DNA from: Heterodontus francisci
Lineage: Eukaryota
Direction of reading: 5' to 3'
Assembly (NCBI RefSeq): GCF_036365525.1
Contig: NC_090384.1
Location: forward strand, 30,077,400-30,141,399
DNA length: 64,000 nucleotides
Under the pieces are notes generated by a model. That model was not told the DNA's origin. It saw nothing but the letters and a program-made list of their open reading frames with translations, and ran no database searches. Below, one piece after another: positions 38,405-51,549 of this stretch. Position 1 is the stretch's first letter. Each line of letters begins with the position of its first letter. The translations under genes were made by a program, and so were the position numbers.

Positions 38405-38935
38405 CCAGCATTTATTGCCTAACACTAATTGCCCTTGAGAAGGTGGTGGTGAGCTGCCTTCTTGAACTGCTCCATTCCTTGGGGTGTAGGTACACCTACA
38501 GTGCTGTTAGGAAGGGAGTTCCAGGTTTTTGAGCCAGCGACAGTGAAGGAAGTTCCAAGTCAGGATGGTGTGTGGCTTGGAGGGGAACTTGCGGGTGGTG
38601 GTGTTTCCATGCATCTGCTGCCCTTGTTCTTCTAGGTGTTAGAGGTCATGGGTTTGGAAGGTACTGTCGAAGGAGCCTTGGTGAGTTGCTAGTGGAGTGG
38701 ATAAGGGCAGCAGGTTTCTTTTTCTAAGTGACATCAGTGAACCAATTAGACTTTTACAACAATCCAGCAACTTCATGGTCACTTTTACTAATACTAGCTT
38801 AATTCCTAGATTTTTAAAAAATTAAACTGAGTTCAAATTTCAAAACTGACATGGTTAGATTTGAACTATTCTTTGGGTTATTAGTCCAGACCTCTGCATT
38901 AGTGGCCAGTATGTAACCACTTGCTCTGTTACCCT
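38405..38935 (-). mobile_element. Chimera of SINE-B head and core (38935-38697) with a family B LINE 3' end (38693-38405)
   Basis: The first part matches 12135-12375 and the second matches 3119-3420, in the same orientation and directly joined. Confidence 0.75.
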
Positions 38936-38950
38936 TTCTGTCAAGTGTAA

Positions 38951-40987
38951 CAGCCCTGGCTCAGTTTGTAGCTTCCTCGCCTCTGTCAGAAGATTGTGGG
39001 TTCAAGCCCCACTCCAGAAACTTCACAAGAGTCTAGGATGACAATCCAGTGCAGTTCTGAGGGAATGCTAAGGCCTGATGGTGTGTCTCGTTTGCAGTAT
39101 ATCCCATGGCACTATTTTGAAGAAGAGTGGGAGATGTATTCCCAGTATCCTGGCTAATATTTATCCCCTAATCAGATTAAAGCAGATTATCTGGTCATTG
39201 CTGTTTGTGGGAGCTTGCTGTGTGTAAATTGGCTGCTGTGTTTCCTACATTACAACAGTGACTGCAAATAGGATCATAGGAAATAGGAGCAGGGGTAGGC
39301 CATTCAGCCCGTTGAGTCTGCTCCGCCATTCAAACAGATCACGTCTGATTATCTACCTCTATGCCATTTTTCCCTACTATCCCCATATCCCTTGATGTCA
39401 TTATTATCCAGAAATCTATCGATTTCTGTCTTGAACATGCTCAATGATTGAGCTTCCACAGCCTTCTGGGGTAGAGAATTCCACAGGTTCACCACCCCCT
39501 GAGTAAACATTCCTCCTCATCTCAGTCTTAAGTGGCCTACCGCTTATTCTGAAACTGTGTCCCCGGTTCTAGACTCACCAGCCAGAGGAAACATCCTATC
39601 CACATATACCCTGCCATGTAAGAATTTTGTAAATTTCAATGAGATTACCTCTCATTCTTCAAAACTCTAGAGAATACAGGCCCAGTTTCTGCAATCTCTC
39701 CTCATAAGACACTCTTGCTGTCCCAGGGATTAGTCTGGTGAGCCTTCGTTGCACTCCCTCTATGGCAAGTATATCCTTCCTTAGATGAGAGACCAAAACT
39801 GTACACAATACTCCAGTTGCAGTCTCACCAAGGCTTTATATAACTGCAGCAATACATCTTTACTCCTGTACTCAAATCCCCTTGCAATGAAGGCCAACAT
39901 ACCATTTGTTGCCTTAATTGCTTGCTGCATCTGCACACTAGCTTTTAGTGACTCATGAACAAGGGCACCTAGGTCTCTTTGGACAGCAACACTTCCCAAC
40001 CCCTCTCCATTTAAGAAATACTCTGCCTTTCAGTTTTTTTCTACCAAAGTGGATCTCTTCACACTTATTCACATTATAGAATCATAGAGTAGTACTGCAG
40101 AGAAGGTGGCCATTCGGCCCCTCGAGTATTCGCCTGTTCTTTCAGAGAACAATCCAGTTAGTCACACGCCCCAGTTCTTTCCCCATATCCCTGCCACATT
40201 TTCTCCTTGAAGTATTTATCCAATTCCCTTTTGAAAGCTACTATTGAATCTGTATCCCCCACTCTATCGGGCAGTGTTTTCCACTTGTTGCGGTAAATAA
40301 GTTTTTCCTTATGTTGTCTCAGTCGATCACCTGAAATCTGTGCCTTCTGGTTATTATAAACAGTCTATTTATTTATGCTATCAGAACCCTTCATGATTTT
40401 TAAACACCTCTGTAAAATCTCCTTTTTGCCATCTCTGCTCTAAGGAGAGCAACTCTAGGATCTCCAGTCTACCAACGTAACGGTAATCCCTCATCCCTGG
40501 TACCAATCCAGTAGATCTCTCCAAGCCTTGATGTCCTTACTAAAGTGCAGTGCACAGAATTGGACACAATACTCTAATTGTGTCAATGTATTCTCCTGTG
40601 CGTAGGATATAACACAAGAAATTTACAATATGTAGTTCTGACTTTGTTAAATGATAAATATTTTTATTTTTATTTTTTAAAAAGAACACACAGCAGAAAG
40701 ATTTTTTCAGTTGAGCAAAAAGCACAAAAGCATTCCAAAAGAACTTGTTCAGAACATTGCTCGAAAACATGATTAAGAAGTTTGCAGATGATGCAAAAAA
40801 TTAAATTCCATTTGCCATGTTCTTGTCCATTCACTTTGACTGTCCAATCCCCTTGAATCCTCCTCACAACTACATTCCAACCTAGTTTTGTGTCATCGGC
40901 AGGAAAAAAGGAAAGTACTTCATTGGCTGTAAAGCAGTTTGAGGTTGTGAACGATGCCATATAAATGCAAGTCTTGCGTTCTTTCTT
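38951..40987 (+). mobile_element. Deu/SacSINE1-like SINE split by a CR1 insertion (pieces 38951-39266 and ~40910-40987)
   Basis: tRNA head (ggctcagt, gggttcaagcccc); core tatcccatggcactattttgaagaagag; tail resumes at aagtacttcattggctgtaaagc..atataaatgcaagtc. Confidence 0.8.
39268..40905 (-). mobile_element. CR1 LINE 3' part, with a second CR1 3' fragment nested at about 40075-40580
   Basis: QRDLG.LVHESLK, LYKALVR.QLEYCVQFW, ADDTKLG; two separate CR1 tails begin at about 39268 and 40075. Confidence 0.85.
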
Positions 40988-41861
40988 AGATTTTCTCTCT
41001 TCTTTCGCACTCTATCTTGCTCCTTTTCCCTTTGTCGCATAGAAATATACTAATTGGTCTCCTGAGGGAGTGATGACCAAGTGTAGTCTTTAGGCAAAGT
41101 GGGGATGGAAGCGGGGTATAATTAGACCCTCCAACCCTCTTTGCCCCCCCCCCCCCCCCACCCATGGTGATCTAAACCAGGCTGGGAGATCACATGGACC
41201 AAGTATTATTTATGAAGATGCTTAACCTATATGATGTGATCTCTGCCCCAGTTCAGAACTGGTCCAGCTCCCTGTTGAAGGCATGCAGAGATTCACCACC
41301 CACCATATCAACTGGCAATGTATTCCAGAAGCTCACTGCCCTCTGGGAAAAATAACCGCCAGTTGCCATGATAAATATGAATGTAGGAGACAATGGAAAA
41401 AGATAACACAAAGTGTGGCAAAAATTTAATCAAGTTAAGTGGAGCAGATAGGAAATGGTCATAGCTGTAAAATGTTTGATTACAGTTTATATATAGAGTG
41501 ACCTTACTTTTAGGCAGAAAATAAAACCGTGACTAATTCATATCACTATCAGGTTAAGAAGGATTTTGTGGTTTTTGGCCACTTTTACATAACCTATAAA
41601 AAATAACGAGCAGGAGTAGGCCATTTGGCCACATGAGTCTGCTCCGCCATTTAATAAGATCATGGCTGATCTGATTGTGGCCTTAACTCCACTTTCCTGC
41701 CTACCCCCCATAACCCTTGATTTCCTTGTAGATCAAAAATCTGTCTAACTCAGCCTTGAATATATTCAATGACCCAGCCTCCACTGCTCTCTGGGAAAGA
41801 GAATTCCAAAGATTAACGACCCTCTGAGAGAAGAAATTCCTCTTCATCTCTGTCTTAAATG

Positions 41862-42833
41862 TATTATGACTGAGGCGGGAGGAGTGCACTGCTAATTCTG
41901 GTTCCACTTCTCCACAGGTCACAACATATATTTAAATTTTTTCCCACTTACCGATACGGTCAATCATAGACTCTATTTTTATCCCAGAATAAAACCCACC
42001 AAGCAGGTTTCTTTAAGCAACAAAATTAGCAGTTTATTTTAAAACAAGTCTTAACCAGTAATAAAGCAAAGCAGAAACACACAGACTGAAGTATAATAGT
42101 TCCCTTTTTATCTTAGCTCCGCACACTCACATACAAACACATCAGTTAACCAGAAAAATACAAGGGATTTTTGTTTTGAGCTCTGTTACAAAAAAACCCC
42201 AAAAAACACTTAGGCTGAATACTTGCTCATTCTTGAAGAAACAGTGGATGAGATATGTTGTGTTCCAAAACTGGTATACCGTCTGGCCTCCGAGTACACA
42301 TAGACAGGTCACTGGGATCTTTTAGAACAGTCCTGTTCAGGCGGCAATGAGAATTTATTTAGCAGGCTTTTCTTCAAAGACAGGAGACGAGATGAGTTGA
42401 CACAGTGGACTTCTCAGGATCTTTTAGAGAAGTGCTGGAAAGCTGAACTGTGTTGTGGTCTTCTCTCCTCCTTTGGGAATTCTTTTCTCTCCTTGGAAGT
42501 TCTCTCCCTTTTCTGCAGGCTTTTTAAAGAGATGGAACAGGTTAGGCTGAGCTGAATTTTTGTCTTTCAGGTTTTTAAAAACTCCAACCCCTTTTAATCA
42601 GTTCATTCCCAACTCCAAACAATTCAAAAGTGATGTCACTTCTCTGCACACATCTTTCCTAGTTACCAGGGTTTCTGTTTTATTTTTAACTTGTCATGTA
42701 AATGTTGTCAAACAAGTCTTTTCAATGTCCTCTTGATGACCCTCTTGAAAAAAAATTGGTCCAACATTTCTTCAGTTTGACAATGAATCCTCAAAGAAAT
42801 ACTTTTAACAAAAACAGAAGCACTTTTGTAACA
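41862..42833 (-). mobile_element. Solo LTR (Gypsy-like) in CR1
   Basis: TATTATGAC (TG mutated)...GTAACA; TSD AATG (41858-41861 and 42834-42837); CR1 is continuous across it. Confidence 0.88.
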
Positions 42834-45014
42834 AATGGGAATCCCCTTTATTTGAAACTGTGCCCCCTAGTTCTAGATTCCTCAGGAGGGGAAACATCCT
42901 CTCAGCATCTACCCTGTCATGTCCCCTCAGAATCTTGTATGTTTCAATAAAATCACCTCTCATTCTTCTAAATTCCAATGAGTGTAGGCCCATCCTACTC
43001 ACACTTTCCTCATAAGGCAACCCCTTCGTCCCAGGAATCAGTCTAGTGAACCTTCTCTGAACTGCTTCCAATACAGGTGTATCCCTCCTTAGGTAAGGAG
43101 ACCAAAACTTTCTACCTTATTTTTATACTCCATGCCCCTTGCAATAAGTGCTAACATTACATTCACCTTCCTAATTACCTACTGTACCTTCATGCTAACT
43201 TGTTCCATGTACAAGGACACCCAGATCCCTCTGCACTGTAGCATTCTGCAGTCTCTCTATGTAAATAATGTTCTGTTTTTCTATTGTTCCTGCCAAAGTG
43301 GACAACCTCACATGCTCCCACATTATACTGCATCCGCCAAATTTTTGCCCACTCACTTAGCCTATCTATATCTCTTTGCAGGCACTTTGGGTCCTCACAA
43401 CTTCTTATCCTACCTATCTTTGTATAGTCTGCAAATTTGGCTACAATACACTCGTCCCTTCATCCAAATCACGAATATAGATCGTAAACTGTTGAGGCCC
43501 CAACATTGATCCCTGTGGCACTCCACTAATTACAATTTGCCAACCTGAAAATTCCCCATTTATCCCAATTCTCTTTTTCTTGTTCGTTAGCCAATCCTCT
43601 ATCTATGCTAATATATTACCCCCAACACCATGAGCTCTTATTTTGTGTAGTAACCTTTTATGTGGCACCTTATTGAATGCCTTTTGGAAATCAAAATACA
43701 TTGCATCTACTGGCTCCCCTTTATCCACCCCTGCTTGTTACATCCTCAAAAGAACTCTAATAAATTTGTCAAGCACGATTTGCCTTTCATATAACCATGT
43801 TGACTCTGTCTGATTGCATTATGATTTTCTAAATGTCCTACTACTTCCTTAGTAATGAATTCTAGCATTTTCCAATGACTGATGTTGAGCTAACTGGCCT
43901 ATAGTGTCCTGCTTTCTGTCTCTCTTTCCCCCCCGCTTGTTCTTGGATAGAGGTGTTACATTTGTGGTTTTCCATTCTGCTGGGACCTTTCCAGAATCTA
44001 GAGAATTTTGGAAGATTACAACCAAGGAATCTGCTATCGCTGGAGCCAATTTGTTTAACACCCTAGGAAGCAGGCCATCAGGTCCAGGGGACTTGTCAGC
44101 CTTTAGCTCCATTAATTTTCCTAGCATTTTTCTCCAGTGATAGCGATTGTTTTAAGTTCCTCCCTCCCTTATGCCTCTTGATTTTCTGCTGTTCTTGGGA
44201 TGCTTTTTGTGTCTTCTACTGTGAAGACAGGTACATAATACTTATTCAAAGTCTTTGCCATTTCTTTGTTTCCCATTGTTAATTTCCCAGACTTGTCCTC
44301 TTAAGGGGCCAACGTTTACTTTAGCTACTGTCTTGCTTTTTATATATTTGTATAAGCTTTTACTGTCTTTTTTTGTTCTTGCCAGTTTACTCTCATACTC
44401 TAATTTCTCTTTTTTTGTCATCCTCTGCTGGTTTCTAAAATTTTTCTACTCTTCAGGCCTACCACGAATCTTTGCAGCATTGTATGTCTTTTCTTATCAA
44501 TTTGATACCATCCTTAACTTCCTTAGTTATCCATGGATGGTGCATCCTTCTCATAGTCTTACTTTCTCAATGGCGTATATCTTTGTTGAGAGTTATGAAA
44601 TATCTCCTTAAATGTCTGCCACTACTTCCCTGCCTTTTTACCTTTTAACTTATTTTCCCAGTCCTTGTTAGCCAACTGTCTTCATACCTTTGCAATTGCC
44701 TTTATTTAAGTTTAAGATACTAGTTTCAGACCCAAATTTCATACCCTCAAACTGGATGTGAAGTTCTATCATGTTACATCACTCTTGCCTAGAGGATCCT
44801 TCACTATAAGGTAATTTATTAATCCTGTCTCATTACACATAGGTCTAAAAAATTGCCTGCTCCCAGGTTGGTTCCTGAAGATATTGTTCTAAGAAACTGT
44901 CCCTAATATACTCTATGAACTCATCCTCCAGGCTATCTTTGCCAATTTGATTAGTCCAATCTATATGAAGATTAAAATTGCCTACGATTTCCATACAAAC
45001 ACGCATTATTTCTT

Positions 45015-45164
45015 TAATAAAAGCAAAATACTGCGGATGCTGGAAATCTGAAACAAAAACAAGAAATGCTGGATTCACTCAGCAAGTCTGGCAGCATCTG
45101 TGGAAAGAGAAGCAGAGTTAACATTTCGGGTCAGTGACCCTTCTTCGGAACTATTTATTTCTTG
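45015..45164 (-). mobile_element. Penelope terminal-repeat insertion with a hammerhead-like motif (45114-45152)
   Basis: 14-bp direct flanks ACGCATTATTTCTT (45001-45014 and 45165-45178); minus strand agtt CCGAAGA a gggtc-act-gaccc GAAA tgtt aactct. Confidence 0.8.
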
Positions 45165-47592
45165 ACGCATTATTTCTTGATTTAAATTCTGTCCTGCAGT
45201 GTAGTTACTGTTAGGGGGCCTATCAACTACTTCCACCAGCGACGTCTTTTCTTTGTTATGTCTTATCTCTATCCAAACTATTTCTTCATCTTGATCTTCC
45301 AAGCCAAGATCATTTCTCACTACTGTAGCGATCTTTCCCTTTATTAACAGAGCTACCCCACTTGCCTTTCCTTTCTTCCAAAATGTCAAATGCTCTTGAA
45401 TATTTAGTTCGGTACAATTGGCTATTGTAAAAAGAGCAAAAATGCAAGGATGTAGATTCTCACCATGTATATGACAATTACTTTCTATGATAAAGTGGAA
45501 ATCTGCTCCATTCAATGTTGTAGGAATCTTTTATATTTTGTTTTTCAATGTAAAACCACTTTAAGTTGATTTCTGCTGACTTGGCTTCTCTAGCTCAGAG
45601 TTTAGAGAATGTTCAATCATCTGTGAAAACCTTGGTCAGAAGTATGCATCAAAGGGCCCTGAAAGGTTTGGCAAGCTCCATCAGGCAATATTGCGAGCTG
45701 TTGACTCTTGCTCATGCCAGGGATTTGTCATTGTTTCAATGCTTGTTTACAGAGCCAGAGCTAATTATGAATCTACAAGGTGGCATGACTGTGTCATTTA
45801 CAGATATTCCATCCAGGTGCCACTGTATCTTTTGAGGAATGACCATCTTAAATGCCTGCAAAATCTAAATTTAAGTATGCAGGATCACCTGGCATAGGGG
45901 GTCTATGGGATGAAGGTGTTGATTGACAGCTTTATACCTCAGCACCTGGTTCCCAAAAACCCTTGTCTTTGCAGAGAAATATATTTTGCAGCATTTTGTC
46001 ATTTCAGCAGTTCTTGTTTTACTGATGAAGTGAATGCAGCAGATTCTCTGTAGTGTAATGTTAAGTTGTATATACGTTTGGTGTTGCAAGTACTTAGGGT
46101 TCAGTGTAATTAGCAGATCTAGTGAAATGTTTCTTTTTATACTGCAGACCGAGGGATTGTATGTTTAAGTTGTAATCTAGTAGAATCTGCTACCGTTTTA
46201 TTATTACTTGTAATAAAACTGATTTCTGGATTTTCATGAATTTTGATAGTGGTTATTCCATTGTCTTAAAACTATGATAAGTCAGCTCATGTCTTTTCTT
46301 TGAGAAAATTATAGTAATGAGGGTTCCAGCCAGGGTCATGCTGTTTTGCCAGATATTGGGTGTACAAGGTCATTTATTGGGAGCACATCCTCATTTACAG
46401 GACTGATCATGCTAAGCATGAGAGAAATATCTGGCACAGCCCAAAAATTGGAGCAAACTGTTATGTTGCTTGTCGTAACTATTCACATTGAACAAAAAAA
46501 AGTAACTTTAACCAAACAATGATTGTGTTGGAGGTATATCTAAATTAGTTTTTAAGTTTTGTCAGCAATGGTAAAATCATTTAAAACAGCCAGTGTAAAT
46601 AAATTAAAAATGCAGAATTCTGTTGACGCTGCAAACAGCCCTGATGAAGTTTTTTTAAAAAGGAAGTCGACTAATATTGTTCTGTGTTGAGTGGAATCAT
46701 GTCAATAGGATTGCTGTGCTGTTTAACAGCTTACCTCAGCAGCTGGTAACCTCCCTTTTTGGATCAGTTTGATATTTGGTTTCTTACTTTGATTATGACT
46801 AATTTAGATATGCATATTTGATCAAGTGAACAAAATTTTCTCTCAACTTATGCCAGATTTAATCTGGAGGATTATAAATAGTAAAATCTTTATGAAGGCA
46901 GAACAAATTTTCCAAGATGTCAATTCCATCAAAATTATGTATGTTAAGAATATATGGATGTAACTCATGAAAATTTAGGGCTGAACTTAAGGCAGAATTC
47001 TGTTGCTTATTGTAGTAACCGGTAAATGCCTGCGCGGCAAAGATGCACCAGCTTGCTAATTTTTGAACAGTTTCAACAAAAATGACAGTTTTTATTTTGC
47101 AATATTCTTTTGCAATCCAGTCCATTGTTGAACAGTTTCCAAGTGTCCGTTTGTATGAGTTTAGTGGTTCAGCTATTGGTTTTGATTTCCGGAATCGTTT
47201 TGCTTTCATTTAGATAACAAAATGCCATCACTATATAATAGACACACCACCCTGTTGCCTTGAATACTTGTTCAGCAGAATGGCTCATTTTGTACTCATC
47301 AAACGCCACTAGTTTTAGGATTCAGAAACTAGCAGTCCAGTTAAGCTCCGTGTCCAATATCTACTTAACAGGGTCAGAAGTGGGGGAAAAATAATTTAAG
47401 TAATGATTACATCAATGTGTTACGTGCCTTTTAATTTAGAAGCATTGAATTTTACAGCTTAGAAAGATAGCCATACATCCCATCATCTCCAAAACTTATC
47501 TACTCATGCTCTTTTATTTTTATTTACAAAATATTTATTCACTTCCCTTTTATAAAAGCTATTCAGGATTCTGTTTCATCCTCTGTTTCTGA

Positions 47593-48012
47593 TTTTTTTT
47601 TTAATTCATTCACTGGATTGTTGCTAGCAAGGCCAGCAATTATTCTCATTCTTAATTGTCCTTGAGGTATGTTGAGCGACTTTCTTGAATACAATGGAGC
47701 GGCTTGCTAGGCAATTTCAGAGGTCAGTTAAGAGTCAACTACATTGCTATGGGTCTGAAGTCACATATAGGCCACACCAGGTAATGACAATAAATTTCTT
47801 TCACCCAAAGAGAATTGGTGCACCAGATGAGTTTTTCTGACAGTCTGGTAGTTTCATAGTCACTGTTACTAATACTAGCTTTTTATTCCAGATTTATTTA
47901 ATTGAATTTACATTTCCCAGCTGCTGTAGTGGGATTTGAACTCCTGTCTCCAGCTCATTAGTCAAAGCCTCTAGATTACTAGTCCAGTAACATAACCACT
48001 ATGCTACCGTAC
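47593..48012 (-). mobile_element. SINE-B, full length
   Basis: Reverse complement collinear with 12135-12538; poly(T) at 47593-47602. Confidence 0.85.
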
Positions 48013-49009
48013 CAACCATTACAGGTGAAGCATCCCTATCCTAACAGCCTTCTGTGTTTAAAGAAAAGGCTCTGGCCCCCCCTACTTTATTCGGTGATTT
48101 TTTTTTTAAACCCTCTAGTTACCAGTTCAAAGACCGAAGGAAATAGGATTTATCTTGTCAAAGCTACTTTGTAGCTCTGAACATCTATAATCTCTCAACC
48201 TCTTTTTTTTTTATAATTAAAAATGGAGCGAGTACTTAAGGTCATTACATCCATCATTTTTATTATGCTAATAGCCTGATCAGTATTGATACATTGGGTC
48301 AACCATCTTTGATATATGATTGGATGCTAACTAGTCAAGCCATAATTCGTATCTTGGAACAGAAAAATAATGCAACGAGCAAAATTCTGATTAAAAATGA
48401 CGTGGAATGCAAAGCCCATAAGTGATTTTAATTTTGAACAGATTAAAAGTAAGACTATCACTGGGCATGAATTAAATCCAATATACACCGTAAATCACAT
48501 TGTGTTCACAGCATACAAAATCAAAGAACACTGAAAAATAACAGATTGATTATCCCCACCATTTTGACTTGGAGTTCAGGATGCTGCCAGTACATATTCT
48601 CCTTATGCAACTTTGCACAGGTTCCACAGTACTGTTTCTTACGAGGGGAGATGTTGTAAGCTTACTGTGCATCTGTCAATGTTTCTGACTCTGGGGATGA
48701 TTGAAGATTTGCTGTTCAAATTATATCAAAATTGATTTTTAAAAAATTTTTTATTCGAAGACATCGAGCTAGATACTAGAAAATCTAATGTACAAATATG
48801 GTCCCTTTTGGGTTCCAGAGGAAGAGAAAAACAGTATGTCTGTTGCCAACTCTTATGTACTTCAAATTATCTGGCTGAGATGCATTTGTGGCTTGCTGTA
48901 CCTTCATGCTTCTAGAGGCTTAGGCAGGGTAGTGTACTCTTTGGTTAAAAATCACTGGTTTGGTTTCTTAGTTAATTTGAGTGCAAAATGCCTTATTCCT
49001 TAGGTTATG

Positions 49010-51194
49010 GGACTGGTTTCAATCTCACATTGGAGAGCTGGAACCTGTCATAGCTGCTAAGCGCACTGCACTGCTGAACTACAAGAAAGCCCCCAGCGAG
49101 TTAACATCCGTAGCACTTAAAGCAGCCAGAAGCGCTGCACAAAGAACAGCCAGGCGCTGTGCAAATGACTACTGGCAACACCTATGCAGTCATATTCAGC
49201 TGGCCTCTGACACCGAAAATATCAGAGGAATGTATGATGGCATTAAGAGAGCTTTTGGGCCAACCATCAAGAAGATTGCCCCCCTCAAATCTAAATCAGG
49301 GGACACAATCACTGACCACGCAAGCAAATGGACCGCTGGGTGGAACACTACCTAGAACTGTACTCCAGGGAAAACATTGTCACTGAGACCGCCCTCAATG
49401 CAGCTCAGTCTCTGCCAGTCATGGGTGAGCTGGATGTACAGCCAACAAAATCGGAACTCAGTGATGCCATTGATTCTCTAGCCAGCGGAAAAGCCCCTGG
49501 GAAGGATGGCATTACCCCTGAAATAATCAAGAGTGCCAAGCCTGCTATACTCTCAGCACTTTACGAACTGCTTTGCCTGTGCTGGGACGAGGGAGCAGTA
49601 TCATAGGACATGCGCGATGCCAATATCATCACCCTCTATAGAACAAGGGTGACTGCAACAACTACTGTGGAATCTCCCTGCTCAGCATAGTGGGGAAAGT
49701 CTTCGCTCGAGTCGTTTTAAACAGGCTCCAGAAGCTGGCTGAGCGTGTCTACCCTGAGGTACAGTGTGGCTTTCGAGCAGAGAGATCCACCATTGACATG
49801 CTGTTGTCCCTTCGCCAGCTGCAGGAGAAATGCCGTGAACAACAGATGCCCCTCTACGTTGCTTTCATTGATCTCACCAAAGCCTTTGACCTCGTCAGCA
49901 GACGTGGTCTCTTCAGACTACTAGAAAAGATTGGATGCCCATCAAAACTACTAAGTATCATCAACTCATTCCATGACAATATGAAAGGCACAATTCAGCT
50001 TAGCAGTGCCTCATCAGACCCCTTTCCTATCCTGAGTGGCGTGAAACAGGTCTGTGTTCTCGCACCTACACTGTTTGGGATCATCTTCTCCCTGCTGCTC
50101 TCACATGCGTTCAAGTCTTCAGGAGAAGGAATTTTCCTCCACACAAGATCAGGTGGCAAGTTGTTCAACCTTGCCTGTCTAAGAGCGAAGACCAAAGTAC
50201 GGAAAGTCCTCATCAGGGAACTCCTCTTTGCTGACAATGCTGCTTTAACATCTCACACTGAAGAATGTCTGCAAAGACTCATCGACAGGATTGCGGCTGC
50301 CTGCAACGGATTTGGCCTAACCATCAGCCTCAAGAAAACGAACATCATGGGACAGGACGTCAGAAATGCTCCATCCATCAATATCGGCGACCACGCTCTG
50401 GAAGTGGTTCCAGAGTTCACCTACCTAGGCTCAACTATCACCAGTAACCTGTCGCTTGATGCAGAATTCAACAAGCGCCTGGGAAAGGCTTCTTCTCTTG
50501 GCCAGTCTGGACATAGCAGAGTGTGGGAAAATGGCACACTGACACAGAACACAAAAGTCCAAGTGTTTCAAGCCTGTGTCCTCAGTACCTTGCTCTACGG
50601 CAGCGAGGCCTGGACAACGTATGTCAACTCATTCCATCTTCGCTGCCTCCGGAGAATCCTTGGCATCAGGTGGCAGGACTGTATCCCTAACACAGAAGTC
50701 CTCGAGGCCCCAGCATATACACCCTACTAAGCCAGTGGCGCTTGAGATGGCTTGGCCATGTGAGCCGCATGCAAGAAGGCAGGAACCGAAAGGACACATG
50801 GTACAGCGAGCTCATCACTGGTATCAGACCCACTGGCCGTCCATGTCTTCACTTTAAAGACGTCTGTAAACACGACATGAAGTCCTGTGACATTGATCAC
50901 AAGTCGTGGGAGTGAGTTGCCAGCGATCACCAGAGCTGGCGGGCAACCATAAAGGCGGGGCTAAAGCGTGGCGAGTCGAAGAGCCTTAGCAGTTGGCAGG
51001 AAAAAAGACAGAAGCACAAGGAGAGAGCCAACTGTGTAACAGCCCCGACAACCAATTTTATCTGTAGCGCCTGTGGAAGAGTCTGTCACTCTAGAATTGG
51101 CCTTTATAGCCACTCCAGGCGCTGCTTCACAAACCACTGACCACCTCCAGGCACTTACCCATTGTCTCTCGAGACAAAGAGGCCAAAGAAGAAG
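49010..51194 (+). mobile_element. Relatively young 5'-truncated RTE LINE containing a 346-codon RT ORF (49690-50730)
   Basis: KAPGKDGI, QCGFRAERSTIDM, FIDLTKAFDLVSR, GVKQ.CVLAPTLF, LLFADN (catalytic DD changed to DN), FTYLGS, LLYGSEAW; C-terminal CxxC..H; (GAA)n tail. Confidence 0.95.
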
Positions 51195-51549
51195 GGATAG
51201 TCAGATAGCAAGTCTAATGATACAGATCTGTAACTGGCTATTTGGAGGCCTGTGGTTGCTGCTTTTTTTCTAACCCCTATTTCCCTTCATTGCCTCTGTG
51301 CTGTTCTTAGATACAAGCAAGATCAGACATATGTGGGTTGGTGCGGGGACAGGAGGGAAAATTGTCTATCTCTGTTATTCTGTTTTGTGGCATGGTACGT
51401 GAAAGCTCTGCTCCAAGCCCCAGTATTACAGTCCTAATATTGTTATGTAGAAGTACATGATGGAGGATTGTGGATTGCTGCGTTTTCTGCATTCCTATGC
51501 TTTATTTGTACTAGCTCATGCATGTAGTCCATTACACGTGAGGTCAACC

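Larger units (their letters stand above)
41606..45410 (-). mobile_element. Long CR1 LINE (endonuclease to 3' tail), interrupted by an LTR and a Penelope fragment
   Basis: VYRPPN-like VVDRPPNS, GNFNLHIDW, KSPGPDG..PRVL, QHGF, GVPQGS.LGP, VQRRFTRLIPG and a CR1 tail. Confidence 0.92.

Noticed and set aside
34969-42833. LTR pairs (34969 with 41862; 41862 with 60143) as ends of a full-length retrotransposon
   Set aside because: Each LTR has its own TSD, the first pair is in opposite orientation, and there is no gag/pol between them.
49690-50730. Functional reverse transcriptase gene
   Set aside because: 5'-truncated, upstream stops, DD changed to DN, internal deletions and a frameshifted C-terminus.
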